Shown piece after piece: positions 1-14,811 of a stretch of 64,000 nucleotides of DNA. Below the pieces are notes generated by a model. The model was not told where the DNA came from and made no database searches. It saw only the letters and a program-made list of their open reading frames with translations. The stretch comes from Felis catus (taxonomy: Eukaryota), in assembly GCF_018350175.1 (NCBI RefSeq), contig NC_058368.1, forward strand, positions 23,562,001 through 23,626,000, read 5' to 3'. The translations under genes and the position numbers were made by a program. Each line of letters begins with the position of its first letter. The first letter of the stretch is position 1.

Positions 1-656
1 GGTTCCTCTCCCAAAAGAGACCTGCATAAACCTTGCTAACATTATGTGCATCAGCCCTGTGTTCTCCTATCTGTCACTTCCAATACACCCTTGTCAGAGC
101 CTAGCCAAAGCAGAGCCACAAACGGCAGTATGCAAACAACTCTGAAGGGATACCACCACTCCAAATGACTCCTGCTATAGGGAAAGGGGAAGATAACCAC
201 ACACACCAATCCAACTGCAGCCCCAACACTGGGCTGGGGTAGGTATCTAGTCTGACTGCAGACCCTACCCACCATGAAGCTTCTCAGAAACAACACAGAG
301 GAAGCATTCTGTAGGTCAGTGCTACTGCATGTCTGGCAAATGCCTGGTCTGACTCAACTCAAGCCCAAGGTGGCCCCACACTAGCCCTCTAATATCACAG
401 GGACCAAACACTGCCCACAACAGGCAAAGGCACCATTGCAGATGACTGGACTGAAGGCAAAAATGGCTCAGTCATAATAGTAGGGCACATAAAACACAAA
501 TAGGAGACACCCCTGAAGCAGAAGATTCTGGTGAACATCAGATATTGCAATACAGAATACTACAGGACCTCTTCTTCATAAGGCCACTGCTTTCAAGAGC
601 AGAAGCTATAGCTGACTTTCCTAATACATAAAAACAGACACAGAGAGTTAGACAAA

Positions 657-1155
657 ATGAGACAGAAGATATGTCCCAAATAAAAGAACAGGACAAAAGA
701 ACAGCAAGTGAGCTAAATGAAACAGATCTAAGTAGTATGCCTGATGGAGAATTTAAAGTAATGGTCATAAAGATAATCCCTGGGTTTCAGAAGAGTGGAG
801 GACCTCAAGAGACCCTAAATGAAGAGTTAGTAAACATAAATGAGAACCAAGCATAGATCAAAAATTCAATATCTGAAATTAAAAATACACTAGATGGAAT
901 AAATTGTAGACTAGAGGAAGCAGAAGAATGGGTCAGTCACATGGAGGACAGAGTAATAGAAAACACTAAAGCTGAACAAGATGGAAAAATTGGGGGCTCC
1001 TGGTTGGCTCAGTCACTTGAGTGTCTGACTCTTGATTTTGGCTTAGGTCATGATCCCTGAGTGTGGGATTGAGCCCTGCATCAGGCTCTGTACTGAGTGT
1101 GGAGCCTGCTTGAGATTCTCTATCTTTGCCTCTCTCCCCCATATGTACCCATGCG

Positions 1156-1201
<46 letters not shown>

Positions 1202-1754
1202 GTCTCTCTTTCCCTAAAAAAAAAGGCAAGAGGAAAAAAATAAATGAAACTAGACTTAGGAAATGTAGTAACATCAAGTGTAATCACTTTCATATTAAAG
1301 AGATTCCAGAAGAAAGAAAACAGGGACCAGATAATTTTTTTGAAGAAATAAAAGCTGAAAATTTCTTGACTCTAGGAAATGAAATAGAAATACACATCCA
1401 AGAGGCACTGAGAGTCCCCCAACAAAAGCAAGCCAAGGAGATCCATAGCAAGACACACAGTAATTAAAATGGAAAAAAGTAATGATAAAGAGAATTTTAA
1501 AAGCAGCAAGAAAAAAAGAAAACAGTTGCATACAAGGGAAACCCAGAGGCTATCAACTGATTTTTCAGAAAATAAGCCAGAAGGGAGGATACATTCAAAA
1601 TACTGAAAGGGAAAAATCTGCAGCCAGGAACATTTTATCCAGCAAGGCTATCATTCACACTGGAAGGAAAGAGAAAGGGTTTACAAGACAAAAGTTAAAG
1701 GAATTTATGACCACTAAACATGCCCTACCAAAAATGTTCAAGGGGGCTTTTTGA
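657..1754 (+). pseudogene. L1 ORF1p remnant (disrupted; SINE inserted)
   Basis: ORF-track fragments 671-856, 1126-1467 (3' part) and 1482-1754 resemble L1 ORF1p in shifting frames. Confidence 0.85.
992..1226 (+). mobile_element. Can-SINE (SINEC) inserted in L1 ORF1
   Basis: ggggctcctggttggctcagtc head, (CT)n body, A tail; degenerate TSD caagatggaaaaat / caagaggaaaaaaat. Confidence 0.95.
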
Positions 1755-2134
1755 GTACAAAGGAAATATCATAAGTATGAGTAAGGAAAAATATGAAGCA
1801 GAAAGTAGTAAAATTAAGTATATCTATAAAAATCAGTCAAGCCATTCACAAAATGAAAGTATATAAAGTATGATGCAATATACCTATACGTGGGGCGGGG
1901 GTAGAACAGTAAAAATCAGGTTCAAGCTCAAGTAAGAGACTGCCAGATGCATAAGATGTTACATATGAACCTAAAATAGTCACAAATCAAGAGCCAGTAC
2001 TAGATATGGAAAAAAAAGAGAGAAAAGAATCCAAAGATATCACCAAAGAAATCCAGCAAACCATGAGAGATGAAAGCAAGAGAAAAAAGCGATAGATGGC
2101 TACAAAAACAACCGTAACAAAAACAAGTAACAAA

Positions 2135-5100
2135 CTGGCAATAAGTACATATCCATCAATAATTACTTTGATTACAAGTGGACTAAATGCCTCAATAAAA
2201 AAATAGGGTGACAGATGGACAAAAAAACCAAGACCCATCTATATGCTGCCTACAGGAGACTCATTTCAGACTTAGACACATGCAGATTGAAAGTGAAAGG
2301 ATCTAAAAGCATTTATACTGCAAATGGGGGTGAAAAGGAAGTCAAGGTAGGAATACTTCTATCAGACAAAACAGGTTTCAAAACAGACTGTAACAAGAGA
2401 CAAAGAAGGACACTATATAATCAAAAAGAGAACAATTCAACAAGAAGATACAACAATTGTAAATATTTATGCACACAATATAGAAACATCCAAATACATA
2501 AAGTATCAAATAACAAACATAAAGGAAGTAATTGATAGTAATACAATGATAGTAGGGGACATTAACATCCCACTTACATCAATGGACAGATCATCCAAAC
2601 AGAAAATCAAGGAAACAGTGGCTTTGAATGGCACAGTGTACCAGATGGATTTCCAGGAATATTTAGAACATTCAATCCTAAAACAACACAATATACATTC
2701 CTTTTAAGTGCACATGGAACATTCTCCAGATTAGATCACATAGTAGGCTACAAAACCAGTGTCAACAATCTAAAAAAGATTAAAATCATACCATGCATCA
2801 TTTCTGACCACAATGCTATGAAACCTGAAATCAACCACATGAAAAAAATCTGGATAGAATACAAATACCTGGAGGTTAAATAACATGCTACTAAAAAATG
2901 AATGGGTCAGCCAAGAAACCAAAGAGCAAATCAAAAAATACATGGAGACAAATGAAAATGAAAACATAATTGTCCTGAATCTTTGGGATGCAGCAAAATC
3001 TATTCTAAGAGGGAAGTTTACAGCAATACTGGCCTACCTCAGGAAGCAAGAAAAAAAAATCTCAAACAACCTGACCTTACACCTAAAGGAGCTAGAGAAA
3101 GAAGAACAAATAAAATGTAAAACCAGAAGAAGGAAGGCAATAATAAAGATTAGAGCAGACATAAGTGAAACAGAGACTAAAAAACAATAGAACAGATCAA
3201 TGAAACCAGGAGTTGATTCTTTGAAAAGATCAACAAAATTGATAAGCTAGCCAGATTCATAAAAACAAGAGGATTCAAACAAAATCAGAATGAAAGAGGA
3301 TAAAAAATTGAAACCACAGAAATCCAAAGGATTATAAGAGAATGTTATAAAAGTTATATGCAAACAAATTGGACAACCAGGACGAAATGGATAAATTCCT
3401 AGAAACCTTTAACTTCCCAAAACTGAATCAGAAGAAATAGATCATTTGCATAGACCAATGACCAGTATTAAATTGAATTAGGAAAGCAAAAATGCCCAAG
3501 AAACAAAAGTGCAGGACCAGACTTAACAGGTGACTTCTACCAAACATTTAACGATTTAATACCTATTCTCCTCAAACTATTCCAAAAATAGAAGAGGGAG
3601 GAAATCTTCCAAATTCATTCCATAAGGCTAAGATTACCCTGTTAATAAAACCACATAAAGACACTACAAAAAAGTGAAGGCCAATATCTTTGATAGAGAT
3701 AGATACAAAAATCCTCAATAACATATTAGCAAACCAAATCCAACAATATATTAAAAAAATGATTCACCATGATCAAGTGGGATTTATTCCTGGGATGAAA
3801 GGGTGGTTCAATATTCACAAATCCGTCAATATGATACATCACATCAACAAAATAAAGGATAAAAACTATATGAAGATTTCACCAGATGCAGAGAAAGCAC
3901 TTAAAGTACACATTCATTCATGATAAAAACTCTCAACAAAGTAGGTTTAGAGGGAATATACTTCAACATATTATAGGCCCTATATACCTCAGAGCAAACA
4001 TCATACTCAATGGTGAAAAACTGAGAGCTGTCCCCCTAATATCAGGAACAAGGAAGGATGTCTACTCTCACTACTTTTATTCAACATGGTACTGGAACTT
4101 ATAGCCATAGCAATCAGAGAAGAAAAATAAAAGGCATCCAAATTGGTAAAGACGTAAAACTTTCATTATTTGCAGATGACATGAAACTGTATAGAATACC
4201 CTAAAGATTCCACCCTGACCTGCTATAACTGACAAATGAATTTAGTAAGATCCCAGGGTACAAAATCAGGATACAGAAATCTGTTGCATTTCTATAAATT
4301 TATAATGAAGTAGCAGAAAGACAAATTAAGAAAACATCCTTATTTGGAATTACTTCAAAAAGAATAAAGTACCTAAGAATAAACTTAACCAAGGAAGCAA
4401 AAGACTTGTACTCTGAAAACTATAAAACACTGATTAAAGAAATTTAAGATGACACAGACAAGTAGAAGGCTATTCCATGCTCATGGACTGAAAGAATTAA
4501 TATCGTTAAAATGTCCAGACTACCCAAAGCACTCTACAGTTTTAATGCAATACCTTTTAAAATACCAAAAGCATTTTTTTCACAGAAGTAGAGCAAATAG
4601 TCCTAAAATCTGTATGGAACCACAAAAGACCCTGACTATGCAAAGCAATCTTGAAAAAAAGAAGAATAAAACTGGAGGTATCACAATCCCAGATTTCAAG
4701 ATATATTACAGGGGCTTTAGTAATCAAAACTGTATGGTACTAGCACACAAATAGACACATAGATCAATAGAATAGAGAGGCCAGAAATAAACTCACAATT
4801 ATATGATCAACTAGTCTTTGACAAAGTAGACAAGGATATGCAATGGGAAAACGTCTTTTCAGCAAATGGTGTTGGAAAAACTGGACAGCTACATGCAAAA
4901 GAATGAAACTGGACCACTTTCTTATACCATACACAAAAATAAACTCAAAATGGATTAATAATCTTAGTGGATACCTGAACCCATAAAAAGGCTAGAAGAG
5001 AGCACAGGCAGTAATTTCTCTGACATTGGTCATAGCAACATTTTTCTAGATATGTCTTCTGAGGCAAGGGAAACAAAAGCAAAAATAAACTATTGGGAGT

Positions 5101-5840
5101 ACATCAAAGTAAAAAGCTTTTGCACACCAAAGGTAAAAATCAACAAAACTAAATGGCAACCTATAGAATGGGAGAAGATATTTACAAATGACATATCCAA
5201 TAAATGGTTAGTATCCAAACTACATAAAGACCTTGTACAAACTAACCAAAACCTGCCAAATAGTCCAATTAAAAACGGACAGAAGATATGAGCATTTCTA
5301 AAGAAGGCATCTGGATGGTCAACAGACACATGAAAATATGCTCAACATCACTCATCATCAAGAAAATGAAAATCCAAACCACGATGAGATATCACCTCAC
5401 ACCTGTCAGAATGGCTAAAATAAAAAACACAAGAAACAAGTGTTGGTGAGAATGTGAAGAAAAAGAAATCCTTGTACACTGTTAGTGGAAATGCAAACTG
5501 GTTCAGTCATTGTGGAAAACAGTACGGAGATTCCTCCAAAATAGAATTACCGTATAATCCAGAAATTCATTACTGGTATTTATCCAATGAATGTGCAAAC
5601 ACTAATTCTAAAGGATATATTCACCCCTATGTTTATTGAAACATTATTTACAATAACAAAATTATGAAAGCAACCCCAGCATCCATATAAAAATGGATAA
5701 AGAAGATTTGGTATATGAATACAATGGAATTTTATTCCGTTATAAAAAAAGAATGAGATCTTGCCATTTGCAACAATGTGGATGGATCTACAGAGTATAA
5801 TGCCAAGTGAAATAAGTTTGAGAAAGACAAATACCATATG
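2135..5840 (+). pseudogene. L1 ORF2p remnant (endonuclease/reverse transcriptase), disrupted
   Basis: Fragments 2215-2535, 2885-3190, 3690-3923, 4449-4754, 5052-5291 match L1 ORF2p; start codon mutated (CTG); FADDM motif. Confidence 0.9.
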
Positions 5841-8800
5841 ATTTCATTCATATGTGGAATTCAAGAGACAAAACAAATGAACAAAGGGGAAAAGATAGTC
5901 AAACCAAAAAAAGAGACTCTTAACTGTTGAGCATAAACAGATGGTTACCTGAGAGGATGTGGGTGGGGGTATGGGTGAAATAGGTGATGGGGATTAAAAG
6001 TACTTATCTTGATGAGCACTAAGTAACATATGAAATTGTTGAATCACTGTATTGTACCTGAAACTAATGTAACCCTGTATGTTAACTATACTGGAATTAA
6101 AAAAAGACTTCACATCAATAAAATAGAGATTATGAATTTGTAGTTAAAAAATAAAATAGTAAGTGTAAATATAGTGTCTAGCAAAATACTTGTTGTATAG
6201 TATGCCCTCAATAAATAAATCATTTTAAGAATTCAGTTATTTGAAAAAAAAAAAGAACAAAGGTCTTCATAGTAGGGCTGATCCCACTGTGAGAAACTCT
6301 TAAGTAATCCAGTGGTATCAATTACTCTCATTGACTGAATATGAATTCCCTTTTGGGTCTGTTTTATTGTAAAGGAAACAATAGCTTTTTTCTAATACCA
6401 GATCACAATTAATCAAAACTTTTGATTTCTAGGAAGAGGTATTTTAGAAATTTGATAAGAGTCAAACTCCAAGAAAACAAGAAGTTATCAACTATCTATT
6501 TAAAAAATATATTTCAGTGTTTGTCTTGGGGTCAGTACACAGTTAACCCAAGAATCTACATACCCGTACTGGTGTAATGAGAGTTGGTTTTTAACATCAT
6601 TTCAGAATGACCTCAACCTTCTACAATATATTGCATCTTCAAAGACAAAATGCTTTTAATACGGTTGCACTGTAATATTTTCTCACTAAATCAAAAAGTA
6701 GAGTAATATGTTTAGGATGAGTGTTTCCCTTTTAGATTTGTATATGTATTTCTAGAAGAATAACTGATAGAAAAAAAATATTCCATTTAATGATTTTCTC
6801 TACTTTGGTATTAATATTGCTAATCCTGGTGAATAAAGTGTAGAGAACTCTCAACCAGAAAATATAGTAATGGTAGCATTAAATACACAGTAGTCAAGGT
6901 TTTTGTTTCCTCAAACCAGACAATTATAATGTTAAAGTATATTATTTTGGGAGCTTTTCTTCAGAACCCTAGGCAGATTTCAGTAGGGTTGCCCTTTGTA
7001 CACATAGAAAACCTGTAAATAGCTATATCACAGAAGGAATTATATAGCTCAGGATCTTTGTTGTAAAGAGAAGTTAGAAAAATTTTGAGAACATTCATAG
7101 CTTCACTACTCTTGGTAACGCTACACCTTAAAAATGCAGAATATGGAACATTTTGGCTGAAGTATGACTCTTGATGCGTTTAAATATTCAGTTTGTATAA
7201 ATCAGTCAATTGCTGACTAATATTTATTTAAATGCCTTTCATGTGCTCCAATTAATGTTCCCACTGACTGGTTTTGAAAAGGAATGCTATATTCTTTTTG
7301 AAAGTTGGACCTTTAATAAATCAATCAAGTATGAAATAAAATGCCATGATTCTACAGATCCCAGACTTAGAATTCATTTACAGTTTATAAACTTTTCTAT
7401 GATTTTTCATTATGCAATTTTATAGAAGTTTAAATAAATAATAAAATTATTAGTATTGCATATAATTACACTCATAAGTCTTTTAAAGAATCTACAGAAC
7501 TACATCATACGTACCTTTAATTTATGTGAATTTAATAATACCTGCTCAGCCAAGGGGATAAAAGATTCAAGAAATAGAAATAACAATTTATGAAGCCAAA
7601 AGGTGTATTACCTTGGTTGATTTAAATTATTTAAAGTGACATTGATTTAAAAATGTTTCTTCTGCTTTAGACTGCAAGGATCCCTAGGTTGTGAAAAACA
7701 CTGTTGAAATTCTTTTTAAAATTCCTTCCCCCAATAGCAGGTGTATTTTAACCTCTTCACTAAGGAGTCAAAGGATTTTCAAGGGATAATTTTGGGCATA
7801 TGCAATCTTCTGTTTGTTCTAATGGCTAATACCTGGATAACATGTACATCCACTGTATGTGGTACCATAGGAATAAAAAGAAATCATGTGAAGTTTGAGA
7901 TGATCTATATTCCTTTACCGTTTCCTTAGAAAATAACCAAGTCTCTGAATAACAGACATCTGAGCAAACTATAATGAAAGGTTTATACTCTGCAACTAAG
8001 CAAACATTTTGCTTAGCAGATTAATTCCTCCCACCTGCGGCTACTTTTAAGCAGGTGATAGTTTTTGCTTTAATTACATAAACTGTATCACAGTTTTAAT
8101 GTTCATCAAAATAGTGTTAGTCACAAGATAGGCAAAATGAAGAATGTTTCAAGACTGCTTAAAGTATTAAAGTTCCTGTTTTTAATTTTTTATTGTTCTG
8201 AATATCCAAAAGTGTTAGGGATAATCAAAGATTCATTTAAAATATCTCCTCTCATGAACGCTGTATATGTGGTTCCACTTCTTATTTGATTCAGGTTTAA
8301 TTTATTGACTACCTACTATGTGGCAGCATAGGGCTAGCACTTTTACAACATTTGGAAAATACTCAGAAAATAAATGAAGTGTTGTATTGGGAATTTGTCA
8401 GTGTATTTTCTTTTACTGTTGCTTTAGCAAATTAGGTTTACAGGTGATGCAGAGACTGAAGACCAGTGAGTAAGAAGGCAGTGGGCATCCTATCATCATC
8501 TCTGTCATTGCTGTACCAAAACACTCTTAGATATCTGTCAAGAACTTTCTTTACAAAGTATGTGGATTTATAGACCTGCAAAGGGCAACACTCTGGTCAC
8601 AAAGATGAGCTGCTGGTTTAGAGATGGAGAGAAGTGTCGCAGATGGGGAAGGATGAAATTAATGTGGAAACTTGGGGGATTTTAGTGGAGGTCCAGAAAT
8701 TATGAGGGACGGCTATATTAATTGTCTATATAGAATCAAGAGAACAACAACAAAAAAAACCCCACGACTATTGGATCTCTGTACTGGGCTATAAAAAAGG

Positions 8801-8883
8801 AAAGAGAAATCAGGAAAAGGAGCCCCCAATTTAGGGTATAAGAGAGCTGTTTGAAAGTGAGTCAGGGTGGGAGTTGGGGGTGG

Positions 8884-9085
8884 TGGTGCCTGGGTGGCTC
8901 AGTTTGTAATTTTCAGACTACTTTGATTTTGGCTCAGGTCATGATCTCACTATTTGTGGGTTCAAGCCTGTTGTCTGACTCTGTGCTGACAGTGTGGGAC
9001 CTGCTTGGGATCTCTGTCTCCCTCTCTTTGCCCCCACCCCGGCTTGTGCACTCGTGATATCTTTCTCAAAATAAATAAATATAAA
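8884..9085 (+). mobile_element. Can-SINE
   Basis: ggtgcctgggtggctcag head, ggctcaggtcatgatctc, CT-rich body, aaataaataaat tail. Confidence 0.93.
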
Positions 9086-9439
9086 TTGATTGGGGACTGT
9101 GGTTAGAAGTATTCTTCACTAGGGGTCTGTTTACAATTAAGAATGAACTAAGTATTGCTAAAATTCTAAAGATCCTGAGAGATGAAGAAACTAAATAGAC
9201 CATCCACTTGAGGAGAAATACAAATCATGGACAATGGACAACATATAAAGAAATGTCAAACTCTGTAGTAGCCATTAATGCTTTTCATTAAAAATTTTAC
9301 TTCTGCTTTAAGGTACAAGGTATAATTGTATTTTGGGCATGGGAATATAACTTGCTTTAAGCAATGAAACGTGAATGAAACAATGTTCATCGCTTGCAGC
9401 AGGAAGTGCAATAGTAGGATATGAAGCAAAGAGGTAGTG

Positions 9440-9672
9440 GGAGGGCTATGGGCCATTGTAATGCCTTTGTTTTTATTTCCTATGAAGGAAATGGGAAGCC
9501 ATTGGAAGGTTTTGTTTAGGAGTAGCTTGACCTAAAACATGTTTAACAGCATTATTCTGTCTACTGTGTTGAGAAGAGATTATAGGGAGCAAGAAAAGAA
9601 GTAGGGAGATTAGTCGGGATGCTACTGTCTTAATTCAAGTAAAAGATGATGGTGGACCAGACCAAGGTGGTA
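9440..9672 (-). mobile_element. Ancient LINE-2 fragment
   Basis: gggaagccattggaaggtttt...gatgatggtggaccagaccaaggtgg resembles the antisense of L2 3' region. Confidence 0.7.
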
Positions 9673-11764
9673 AGAAAACTCACTGATATCAGAAAATGGA
9701 CGTACACTGCACTTAAATGTTAGTGTTTGGGGCGTTGGAGCCATCATTGTAAGTAGTTCTTTATCTGTATTGAACTCCTAAGTTCTACACATTTTGCTAG
9801 AAACTGGGGACACAAAGAAATTATCATTTAGAGGAAGAAAGAAGCCCAGCAGATATGCTTATGAATTTAATTTCTATTTCATGATAACACAATTTCAAAG
9901 TAATTATTTTTTTCAGAATAAAATTCGTTCAGTACTATGAATACAAACAAAAAATCACTGACTCAGAAAAATCAATTACAATGTGAACTGGGAATGTAAT
10001 TTTTGAGCAAGAAATTAGGGTATGAGTTACTTAGGTGTTTCTTTGCTTTGAGTTTCTGTTGTTTTTAAATAATTTTTCGAATACAGTTGATATACAATGT
10101 TACATTAGTTTCAGATGTACAACATAGTGATTCGACAAGTGTATACATTATGCTATGCTCACCATAGGTGTAGCTGTGTCTTTCACCTACAACACTATTA
10201 CAGTATCATTGACTATATTCCTTATGCTATGCCTTTTATTCCTGTGACTTATTGATTCCATAACTGGAAGCCTGTATCTCCCTCTTAACCCATTTTGTCC
10301 ACCTCCACATCCGCCTCCTCTCTCTCCTCTCTGGCAACCATGAGTTTGCTCTTAGATCTGATTCTGCTTTTGTTCCTTTTTTTTAAGATTCCACATATTT
10401 ATGGTATTTGTTTTTCTCAGGCTGATTTATTTCACTTTGCATTATACTCTCTAGGTTCATCCATGTTGTTGCAAATGGCGAGATCCTATCCTTTTTTTGG
10501 CTGTGTAATATTCCATTTTGTGTGTGTATGTGTGTATCACATCTTTCTTATCCAACTGTGTATCAGTGGACAGCCAGGTTACTGCCATATCTTAGCTATT
10601 GTAAATAATGCTTCCATAAAAATAGGGGTGCATGTATCTTTTCAAATTAGTGTTTTTGTTTTCAGGTAAATACTCAGTAGTGGAACTCTTGGATCATACG
10701 GTATTTCAATTTTTATCTTACTGGGAAATATCCATACTGTTTTTCACAGGGGGCTATACCACTTTATATTTCCACCAACAATGAATGGGGGTTCCCTGTT
10801 CTCCACATCCTTTTCAGCACTTCTAATTTCTTGTTTTTATTATTATTTTAGCCATTCTAACAGGTGTAAGGTGATATCTTATTGTGGCTTTTGAGCTTTC
10901 TGATTATTAGTGATTTTAAGCATCTTTTCTTGTGTCTGTTTGCCATCTGTATGTCTTCTTTGGAAAAGTGTGTGTCTTTTGAAAAATGGTCCTCTGCCAT
11001 TTTTTAAATTGGATTTTTTTGGGCATTGAATTGTGTGAGTATATGCTTTGGGTATTAATATTTGCAAATATTCTCATTGATAAAAACTGCCTTTTTATTT
11101 TGTTGATGGTTTCCTTTCCTGTGCAAAAGCATTTTATTTGGATATAATCCCAATAGTTTGTTTTTGCTTTTGTTTCCCTGATCTTAGGAGACATACCTAG
11201 AAAAATGTTGCTCTAGCCAATGTCAGAAAAATTAATGCCTGCATTCTCTTCTAAGATTTTTATGTTTTCCAGTCTCACATTGAGGTGTTTAATCTGTTTT
11301 GACATTATTTTATGTACAGTGTTAGAAAGTGGTCTAGTTTCATTCTTTTACAATGTCACTGTTTTCCCAGCACCATTTGCTGAAGAGACTGTCTTTTTCC
11401 TTTGTATCTTCTTGCCTTGTTTGTCATAGATGTACCTTAGACACATGGGTTTACTTCTGGGTTTCTGTTCTGTTCTATTGGTGCGTCTGTCTTTTTTGGT
11501 GCCAGTACCATACTATTTTGGTTACTACAGCCTTGTAGTATATCTTGAAATCTGAATTTGTGATGCCTCCAGCTCTGTCCTTTCTCAGAATTGCTTTGGT
11601 TATTTGGCTTTTGTGGTTCCATACAAGTTTTAGGATTATTTGTTCTAATTCTGTGAAAAATAATGTGTGTATTTTATAGTTTTTGGATCATATATCTTTT
11701 ACCTCCTTGGTTATTACTAGGTATTTTACTCTTTTTAGTGTAATTGTAAATATAATTGTTTTCT

Positions 11765-11808
11765 TAATTTATCTTTCTGCTAATTTATCTTTCTGCTTAA
11801 TTTATCTT
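11765..11808. repeat. Short tandem duplication (taatttatctttctgc, about 2.7 copies)
   Basis: Read directly in sequence. Confidence 0.85.
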
Positions 11809-11932
11809 CATTAATAGTATATAGAAATATCATTGATTTTCATATATTAATTTTGTATACTGAAACTTTACTGAATTCATTCATTACTTCTAGTAGCTTT
11901 AGGATTTTCTAAATTCTGAAGTAGAGTCTTCA

Positions 11933-12141
11933 GGAGTGCCTAGGTGGCTCAGTCAGTTGAGCATCCAACTTCAGCTCAGGTCATGATCTCATGGTTCGTG
12001 AGTTCGAGCCCTGTGTCAGGCTCTGTGCTGACAGCTTAGAGCCTGGAGACAGCTTTGAATTCTGTGTCTCCCTCTCTCTCTGCTCCTACCCCACTCATGC
12101 TCTGTCTCTCTCTCCTTCAAAAATAAATAATAAAAAAACAT
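11933..12141 (+). mobile_element. Can-SINE nested in L1
   Basis: Full SINEC; perfect 17-bp TSD tgaagtagagtcttcag at 11917-11933 and 12142-12158. Confidence 0.97.
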
Positions 12142-14770
12142 TGAAGTAGAGTCTTCAGTATTTTCTATGTTTAGTGTCATGTCATGTGCAGTTAGTGGCA
12201 AGTTAACGTCTTCTTTACTGATACAGATTGCTTTTATTTCTTTTTCTTGTCTGATGTTGTGGCTAGGACTTCTAGTACTATCTTGAGTAAGGGGGGTAAG
12301 AGTGGACATCTTTATCTAATTTATGATATGAGAGGGAAGGCCCTCAGTTTTTTACCATTAAGATGTCAGCCATGGGGTTTTTTCATGCATGGTCTTTATT
12401 ATGTTGAGGTAAGTTTCCTTTACATCTACTTTATTGAGAGTTTTTATCATGAATGGATCATGAATTTTATTAACTGCTTTTTTTCAGCATATATTGAGAT
12501 GATCATATATATGATTTTCATCCTTCATTTTGTAGATGTGTTGTATCCTGTCAATTTGCAAATAGTGAACCATCCTTGCATCCCTGGAATAAATCCAACT
12601 TGATTGTGGTGAATATTTTTTTAATGCATTGTTGAGTGCAGTTTTGTAATGTGTTGTTGAGGACATTTTTAGGTGTCTTATTAGGGTTACTGGCCTGTAG
12701 TTTTCTTTTTTTTGTGGTGTCTCTGTCTGATTTTGGCATCAGGGTAATGCTGGCATTGTAGAATGTATTTGGAAGCTTTCCTTCCTCTTCTATTTTTTTC
12801 AAATAGTTTGCAGAGAATAGGTATTAATTCTTCTTTAAATGTTTGGCAGAATTCACCATCTTGTTCTGGACTTTTATTTGTTGGAAGTTTTTAAAACTTT
12901 TTAAGTTATACAGTCAATTACATAGTAATCAGTCTGTTCAGATTTTCTATTTTTTCATGGTTCAGTTTTGGAAGATTCTATGTTTCTAGGAATTTATCCA
13001 TTTCTTCTAGGTTGTCCAATTTGTTGGCATATAATTTTTTCATAGTACTCTCTTATAATTCTTTGTATTTCTGTGGTGTCAGTTGTTACCTCTCTCTCAT
13101 TTGTGTCTTTATTTAGGTCCTTTCTCTTTTTTTCTTGATGAGTTTGGCTAAGGGTTTATCAATTTTGTTTATCTTTTCAAAGAACCAACTCTTGATTTTT
13201 TTTCTATTTTTTTAATCTCTGTGTCATTTATTTCTGCAATAATCTTTATTATTTCCTCTTTCTACTCATTTTGGGATTTGTGTGCTCTTCTTTTTCTAGT
13301 TACTTTAGATATAAGATTAGATTGTTTATCTGAGCTTTTTCTGGTGTCTTTAGGTAGGCCTGTATTCCTGTATCTTTCCAAGAACTGTTTTTGCTGTATC
13401 CCGAAGATTTTGGACCATTGTGTTTTCATTTTTATCCATATCAATGTATTTTTCAATTTCTTCTTTAATTTCTCCATAGAACCATTGGTTGTTCAGTATT
13501 GTGTTGTTTAGTCTCCAAGTGTTTGTGTTTTTCTGTTTTTTTTTTCTTGTGCTTGGTTTCTAGTTTCATACCATCATGATCAGAATAAATGTATGGTATG
13601 ATTTAAATCCTCAAAAATGTATTTAGCCTTGTTTTGTGGCCTAAATGTGATCTATTCTGAAGGATGTTCCATGTGTGTTTGAAAGAATGTGTATTCTGTT
13701 TTCAGATGGCATATTTTCTATATATCTGTTATGTCTCTGGTCCACTCTGTCACTGTTTCTTTGTTGATTTCTATCTGTATGATCTATCCACTGATGTAAG
13801 TAGAGTGTTAACATCCCATATTATTATTATATTACCATCACCTTCTCTATGTCTGTTAATATTTTCTTTGTGTATTTAGGTGCTTCAGTGTTGAATGGGT
13901 ACATATTTATAATTGTTTTATTTTCTTTTGGGTTGATTTATCATTAGGTAATGCCCTTCTTTGTCTCTCTTACAGTCTATTTTAAAGTTTATTTTGTCTG
14001 ATGTAAGTAGTTCTTCCCAGTTTTTTTTCCCCACCTCCATTTGCATGGCAAATGTTTTAAATCCCTTCACTTTCAGTCTGTATGTGTCTTTAGGTCTGAA
14101 GTGAGTCTCATGTAGGCAACATATAGATCGGGAGGTGGCTGGCAAGACAGCTAAAGCTAAAGTGTGTGCAAGGCTGTGAGGTTCTGGACTGTTCTGCACT
14201 GGGAGTTCCCTGGCAAGACATCTGAGGCCAAAGTTGCATGGGCCTGGAGTGTCCCAGGGTGCTTTGTGCCTATATCATGTTGATATGAAGGCTGTAGCTG
14301 TACTGACTGCTGACCAGGAGTGTCCCAGTGTGCACCACCCTGTGGCCATATTGGTGGGATGGCTGGGGCTGGTATGGGCATGGGTTCTGGGCTCACTGAG
14401 GTGGCAGACTGGTTAGGGTGACTGGACTGTGCACTGAACTTTCAAGTGGCAGCGAGGGGAAGCACAGATTGTATATATTAGCCCCTCCCTCCCAAAGAGT
14501 GTTCATGCAGCTCCCCCCCAACTGCTTGATGGAATCTAATGCTGTATCCTTTATATGCTGGTTGCAAGGACAGAGGAATTTGTTTCTGATGCCTCAGTGC
14601 TATCTCTCCCAACTGTAAGTTCACAGCAGCAGGAGTAGGAGTTTTCTTTGTTATTTTGTCTTTGTATCTTTGCTTTTCTCTCTTTTTTTGTGCATAAGCT
14701 GTTCAGTTGGCCCTCAATTACTCTTCCACAGGAATTGTTCTGTAAATAGGTGTAATATGGCGTATTTCAT

Positions 14771-14811
14771 GAAGAAGGTGAGTTCAGGGTAGAAGAAGGT
14801 GAGTTCAGGGT
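14771..14811. repeat. Tandem duplication of gaagaaggtgagttcagggt (21-bp period) in L1 5' end
   Basis: Two exact 20-mers at 14771-14790 and 14792-14811. Confidence 0.95.

Larger units (their letters stand above)
1..6150 (+). mobile_element. LINE-1 (carnivore L1), near full length, 5' end outside window, inactivated
   Basis: 5'UTR, then ORF1 remnant (ATG ~657; MPDGEFKVMVIK, ILKAARKK) and ORF2 remnant from ~2135 (endonuclease TYSRLDH-like region; [24 protein letters not shown] at 4169-4183). Then 3'UTR with G-rich tract ~5960 and A-rich end ~6100-6157. Many stops and frameshifts. Confidence 0.97.

Noticed and set aside
51..296. Antisense ORF in L1 5'UTR sharing VCVVIFPFP..RSH with ORF 19588-19785 (ORF0-like?)
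   Set aside because: The similarity reflects the same L1 family. The two copies shift frame right after RSH and have different starts, so there is no evidence of a conserved ORF.
6564..6636. Minus-strand AG...GTATGT bounded exon-like segment
   Set aside because: Stops in all three frames; no other support.
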